A program made the position numbers and the translations under genes. Source: an uncultured virus (IMG/VR IMGVR_UViG_3300033149_002227) (lineage: Duplodnaviria > Heunggongvirae > Uroviricota > Caudoviricetes). From it: a DNA stretch of 20,000 nt. The notes under the pieces were generated by a model. It saw only the letters and a program-made list of their open reading frames with translations, was not told the DNA's origin and searched no databases. Position 1 is the first letter of the stretch, and each line of letters begins with the position of its first letter. The stretch spans positions 54,826-74,825 of the IMG/VR virus record IMGVR_UViG_3300033149_002227. One strand, 5' to 3'. Below, piece by piece: positions 16,087 through 20,000 of this stretch.

Positions 16087-17529
16087 ATGCAATTGCATGA
16101 ATTCGATGCGACTATCCTCGGAATAGCCGAGAGTGAGGAACAGTCTAACAAGTTTGTTCCTCCTCCGCGACGGTTCCGTAAGGATGAGTTCGCCGACGAG
16201 GATGCTTACAATGATCTCATCGTTGCCAAATCTCAGCTCCTTAAAGAATTCCCGTTTTGGGGAATTCTTGGGCTGACGGTGGTATTGGTCGAGCGTCCCG
16301 ATGACGAATTACCAACGCTTGCCACTGATGGTATGCACATTTTCTACAACGCGAATTTCACAAAAAAACTCACAAAGGGTGAACGTGTTTTCGCCATAGC
16401 CCACGAACTGTTTCATGGTCTATACGATCACGCTGGCAACAACAGCCGCTTCGAACATTATACCGGTATCAATATGAAACGGTTGTTCGAAGAGGGCGAT
16501 CAGGAAAAGATAAAAGAAGGGATGAGGCTGAAAATGCTTTGGAACTTTGCCGCCGACTTTATAGTTAATGGCGGACTGGTCGAAGCCCACGTTGGTGAAT
16601 TCATCAAGACAATCAATATCCTTTACGATGACGAATATCTTGGTTGGGCGGTCGAAGATGTTTACGATGACCTCCTGAAGAATCCTGAAAAGATTCCACA
16701 GGACGCACAGTGCCTAGACGAACACATCGAAGTTGAGGTTGTGTCTGACGAGGAAGCTGCCAAGGCCAAGGAAGAAGGGAAAGACGGCGAAGGCAACAGA
16801 TTCGTCATGGGAGAATCCGAATACGAGAAATTGAAATACGAGTGGAAAGAAACCATGATCTCTGCCGCTGCTGCTCAGAAGGAACACGAGCAACGCGAAT
16901 CGACTGCTGCCGGTTGTATCCCTACAGCCATTCAACGCCTTATAGACGAACTGGCGAAGCCGAAGGTGAACTGGAGGCAGGCATTGCGCCGTGCGGTCCA
17001 ACGAATCATCCACCGACGGTATTCGTACAAGTCTCCAAACAAGGGGCTCTTCAGTCGTGGCATCACAATCCCGGGTTTCCGTGATTCTGTAAACAAGCTG
17101 GATGTTGCTATCTTCGTCGATACCTCTGGTTCCGTTAGTGAGGCACAGTTAACCGCATTTATTTCCGAATTCAAAGGCATGATGGACGCATTCCCGCGTT
17201 ACAAAATCCACGCTCACTGTTTCGACGGTGCTGTCTGTGAAGAGAGTATTGTCAAGCTGGAGAAAAGCCATGGGCAAGATGGTTGGGACCACATCCGTAA
17301 ATTCATTAATCGTATTTCCGGTGGTGGTGGTACAGACTTCCAATGCAACTGGGATTACCTCAAGGAACACAATATTAAGCCACGCATGATCATCATGTTG
17401 ACGGACGGTTATCCGTGCGGTGGTTGGGGTGACCCCCGATGGGCTCCTACCATATTCTTCATGATGGGGAATGGTAGATCAATCAAGGCACCGTTCGGAG
17501 CAACGATTCATTACGAAGACTTCCAATGA
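16087..17529 (+). CDS. HExxH metallopeptidase-like plus vWA domain protein (DUF2201-like)
   Basis: ATDG...YN, AHELFH, WN.AAD..VN; MIDAS DTSGS, GGGTDF, TDGY. Confidence 0.9.
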   Translation: MQLHEFDATILGIAESEEQSNKFVPPPRRFRKDEFADEDAYNDLIVAKSQLLKEFPFWGILGLTVVLVERPDDELPTLATDGMHIFYNANFTKKLTKGERVFAIAHELFHGLYDHAGNNSRFEHYTGINMKRLFEEGDQEKIKEGMRLKMLWNFAADFIVNGGLVEAHVGEFIKTINILYDDEYLGWAVEDVYDDLLKNPEKIPQDAQCLDEHIEVEVVSDEEAAKAKEEGKDGEGNRFVMGESEYEKLKYEWKETMISAAAAQKEHEQRESTAAGCIPTAIQRLIDELAKPKVNWRQALRRAVQRIIHRRYSYKSPNKGLFSRGITIPGFRDSVNKLDVAIFVDTSGSVSEAQLTAFISEFKGMMDAFPRYKIHAHCFDGAVCEESIVKLEKSHGQDGWDHIRKFINRISGGGGTDFQCNWDYLKEHNIKPRMIIMLTDGYPCGGWGDPRWAPTIFFMMGNGRSIKAPFGATIHYEDFQ

Positions 17530-18392
17530 TCGATGTCCAATCCCTATTTCCTGAACTGGAAGGTTCCATTGTAACCTTCACTGGTGAGACAATCACGGTC
17601 ATGGTGCGTCACCGCGACACCCTTAGCTTTGAACTGAAGAAAGCAATGAGCCACCGAACGAAATGTCCGATGCATTTCATGATTCAGACAAAAACTGAAT
17701 TCAAGCAAGAATGGTGGATGGACGGTTCTATATACAACCCCTTCGGTGCTGCCATACAAACCATCACCAATACGGATTATTTGGAACATCATTATAACAA
17801 GGCTGGTCAATTGGCTTGTGAGTATGGTCCGGCGAAAATAGAACACCGTTACGGAAAACATTACAGGGAAGAATGGCGCAATTTGAAAGGACAACCCCAC
17901 CGCGATGGTGGACCGGCATTAACCGAAGTGGAATATTACTCCCCACCAGTTTCGGGGAAAGCGGAGATCACTCAGCGGGTATTCACGTGGTGCCAGCGCG
18001 GGGAGCCATCGAATGGCGACTCATGGGCGGATCAGATTGATCTCTCGGGGACAGAAACGATTAAGAAAACGCCAGACGGATTCATACGAACGTTGGAGAT
18101 GACAGAACGTCAACTAACGTGGTACCAAGATGGGCAGAAACACCGAACCGACGGACCAGCGGGCATAATTTTCCACGACTTCAAAGAAATTGAGAAAGGT
18201 GGGAAAATTAGATGGACGTGGGGTAGTTGGGACATGGATTGGTGCATTAAGGGAAAGATTATACCAACCGGAAAAATACTGAAGTGGGCTAAAGCAGCCT
18301 CGATTAAAATGTGGAACGAGCCTTGTTACGACAAGTCTGTGTTCCGAAACCCTGAAGATGAATTTCATTTCATCACTGACTTTGCGGAGTAA
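17526..18392 (+). CDS. Hypothetical protein with HRxDGPA-type repeats
   Basis: HRDGGPA and HRTDGPA, plus degenerate CEYGPA and YNPFGAA units following Trp/Tyr residues. Confidence 0.7.
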   Translation: MIDVQSLFPELEGSIVTFTGETITVMVRHRDTLSFELKKAMSHRTKCPMHFMIQTKTEFKQEWWMDGSIYNPFGAAIQTITNTDYLEHHYNKAGQLACEYGPAKIEHRYGKHYREEWRNLKGQPHRDGGPALTEVEYYSPPVSGKAEITQRVFTWCQRGEPSNGDSWADQIDLSGTETIKKTPDGFIRTLEMTERQLTWYQDGQKHRTDGPAGIIFHDFKEIEKGGKIRWTWGSWDMDWCIKGKIIPTGKILKWAKAASIKMWNEPCYDKSVFRNPEDEFHFITDFAE

Positions 18393-18396
18393 AATT

Positions 18397-18588
18397 ATGA
18401 ACGTACAAGATTTCACGGTAACCGAACGTGTTGATGGCGAACGGCGAGCGTGTACCGATGGTTTGCGAATTAACATGACTAAGGAGTATGCCGAATCATT
18501 GCTAATCATTTTGAAAACGGAACTATTGGACAAAACCAAACACGAAGTGGATATCTGTCTATTTGGTGAGATAGCGCTTGACTACTAA
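18397..18588 (+). CDS. Small hypothetical protein
   Basis: GGAG RBS before the ATG at 18397. Confidence 0.55.
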   Translation: MNVQDFTVTERVDGERRACTDGLRINMTKEYAESLLIILKTELLDKTKHEVDICLFGEIALDY

Positions 18589-18599
18589 CACGCCAGAAG

Positions 18600-18635
18600 T
18601 GGCGAATTAAGTCCAAATAAGGCGATAATTCGCCA
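18600..18635. terminator. Inverted repeat between convergent genes
   Basis: TGGCGAATTA (18600-18609) and TAATTCGCCA (18626-18635); 16-nt loop; no clear U tract. Confidence 0.45.
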
Positions 18636-18646
18636 ACTAAGGCGAG

Positions 18647-19288
18647 TTAACCGAACTGCTTTTTGGCTGCACTGGCAATCTCGCCAGAGTGAAATGGCAG
18701 AACACGTAGAACACGATTAAGGTGCTTGCACGTTATTCCTCGCTCACTAGGATTACGCTCACGCGGATATCGCTCTTCAGGATAGATCGCAGCATCTAGT
18801 ACCGTACACATGTACTGGTAACCCCAATACAGGAACGACGGACACGTACAATGCATCTTGATGTTTCCCGCCCACAGCAACATACGAGCACGTTCTGAGA
18901 AATTCAAATCTGGGTCTGATGCTATTTCCTCCCAGTCTTCAAATTGAATGCTGTTGGTGTAGCGGATACGATTGCTCTCGCTGTTTGAAGAGTTGACGTG
19001 GAAGTTCATTACATCGTCTGGCTGGAATCCAACAAACCTAATACCGGTTAGTTCATCTGCTCTGATTTTCTGACTCAAGAAACTACCATCAACCAACGAG
19101 CCGATTTCCTTATAAGTGGCTTCGTTCAGGGTAGCGACTGTTCGCATCGGGACACTAATGTAGGGACTGTGTTGCTGGCACACCGCAGAGTGCCGAGTGT
19201 AGTCAACATTTTCTACGATGGTATTAGAACCATGGTATCCCCATTGTCCCCGTAGTACTGGTCGGTTCTGTAACTTCGATACCTGCAT
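18647..19288 (-). CDS. SWIM-like zinc-finger phage protein (start uncertain)
   Basis: CTCPSFLYWG...CKHL. Confidence 0.7.
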   Translation of the reverse strand: MQVSKLQNRPVLRGQWGYHGSNTIVENVDYTRHSAVCQQHSPYISVPMRTVATLNEATYKEIGSLVDGSFLSQKIRADELTGIRFVGFQPDDVMNFHVNSSNSESNRIRYTNSIQFEDWEEIASDPDLNFSERARMLLWAGNIKMHCTCPSFLYWGYQYMCTVLDAAIYPEERYPRERNPSERGITCKHLNRVLRVLPFHSGEIASAAKKQFG

Positions 19289-19290
19289 GA

Positions 19291-19836
19291 TTAATCTACC
19301 GACAAGATGAATGAGTTAGCACGGTTCATCCAACCTTTGCGGAACTTCTCCTGCGTTGGGTTGTTAGCGATGATCTTCTCATAGAATGCCTTGCGCTCCT
19401 CGACCATGGCGTTCTGAAAATATGGACCCATTGCGTCTTGAGCCTTCTTGGCAGCGTCACGAGTCATCGGCCCCATGCCACCATCGACACCAAGAGTTCC
19501 GAAGCCAGCCTTATTTATGGTCTTCTGGAGAATCTTCACAGCGCGACCCGGTCCGTGATTGACAGCCATGTCAAATACGAATACCTGTGGGTGTGGGAAC
19601 ACGAGCCAATCAATCTTCGGCTTCTTTAGGTAACGTGTATCATAGATGTCCCGAGCTTCATCCTCGGTGAGGTTCTTCACATCATCAACTGATACGGGAT
19701 GACCTCGCCATTCAGTCAGGGTTTGTTGTGTTACGCCCAGATTGGTGGCACCACCTTTGTCAGCGGGATCGTTGACGAATCCACCCTCATGTTTTAAAAT
19801 AATGTTCTTAATTGGGTCATCGTATACATTACTCAT
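19291..19836 (-). CDS. Glycoside hydrolase family 108 lysozyme/endolysin with peptidoglycan-binding C-terminus
   Basis: HEGGFVNDPADKGGATNLGVT, FDMAVNHG, VDG.MGP.T, F.KGWMNR. Confidence 0.93.
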   Translation of the reverse strand: MSNVYDDPIKNIILKHEGGFVNDPADKGGATNLGVTQQTLTEWRGHPVSVDDVKNLTEDEARDIYDTRYLKKPKIDWLVFPHPQVFVFDMAVNHGPGRAVKILQKTINKAGFGTLGVDGGMGPMTRDAAKKAQDAMGPYFQNAMVEERKAFYEKIIANNPTQEKFRKGWMNRANSFILSVD

Positions 19837-20000
19837 GATATTTCCTTGAATTGATTGGGAGTTATGTCTATATTTACGTCGATAAGCACTGGAACCGAAA
19901 TTTCATTAAGAAAAAAGAATGTTGGCTCTCAGGTTCATGTTGAGAACTAAGTCACACTTTAGAATTTGATCCAAGTCGGCATTCAATGTATATTGAACTC

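Noticed and set aside
19906..19998. Possible 3' end of a minus-strand gene (...NLRANILFS*)
   Set aside because: Only ~30 codons visible, with no recognisable motif.
1..20000. Stop-codon reassignment as seen in some large phages
   Set aside because: The standard code gives full-length, densely packed genes, so there is no evidence of recoding.

Overview
Gene-dense segment that looks like part of a large (jumbo-type) tailed phage genome. The host is probably proteobacterial, inferred from the sigma70-like promoters, the ACP and a tmRNA tag ending YALAA. In order, the window holds: a dCMP deaminase; a Pnkp-like kinase/phosphatase; an S41 tail-specific protease; an Rnl1-like RNA ligase whose catalytic motif is degenerate; a minus-strand virion module (LamG protein plus two paralogous Gly-rich fibre-like proteins); a tmRNA gene; small accessory genes (RHH, Lar-like, degenerate prohead-protease homologue, FmdB zinc ribbon, acyl carrier protein, cupin); a MoxR-type AAA/vWA-metallopeptidase pair; a SWIM-finger protein; and a GH108 lysozyme. 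The best-supported hidden feature, absent from the ORF track, is a circularly permuted two-piece tmRNA at about 11165-11440. Its CCA end lies only 4 nt upstream of its 5' end, and it encodes the tag (A)ANDSFYDGEYALAA. Together with the tail-specific protease and RNA end-healing genes, it may form a phage translation-rescue toolkit (inference). All protein calls come from motif recognition by eye; no searches were run.
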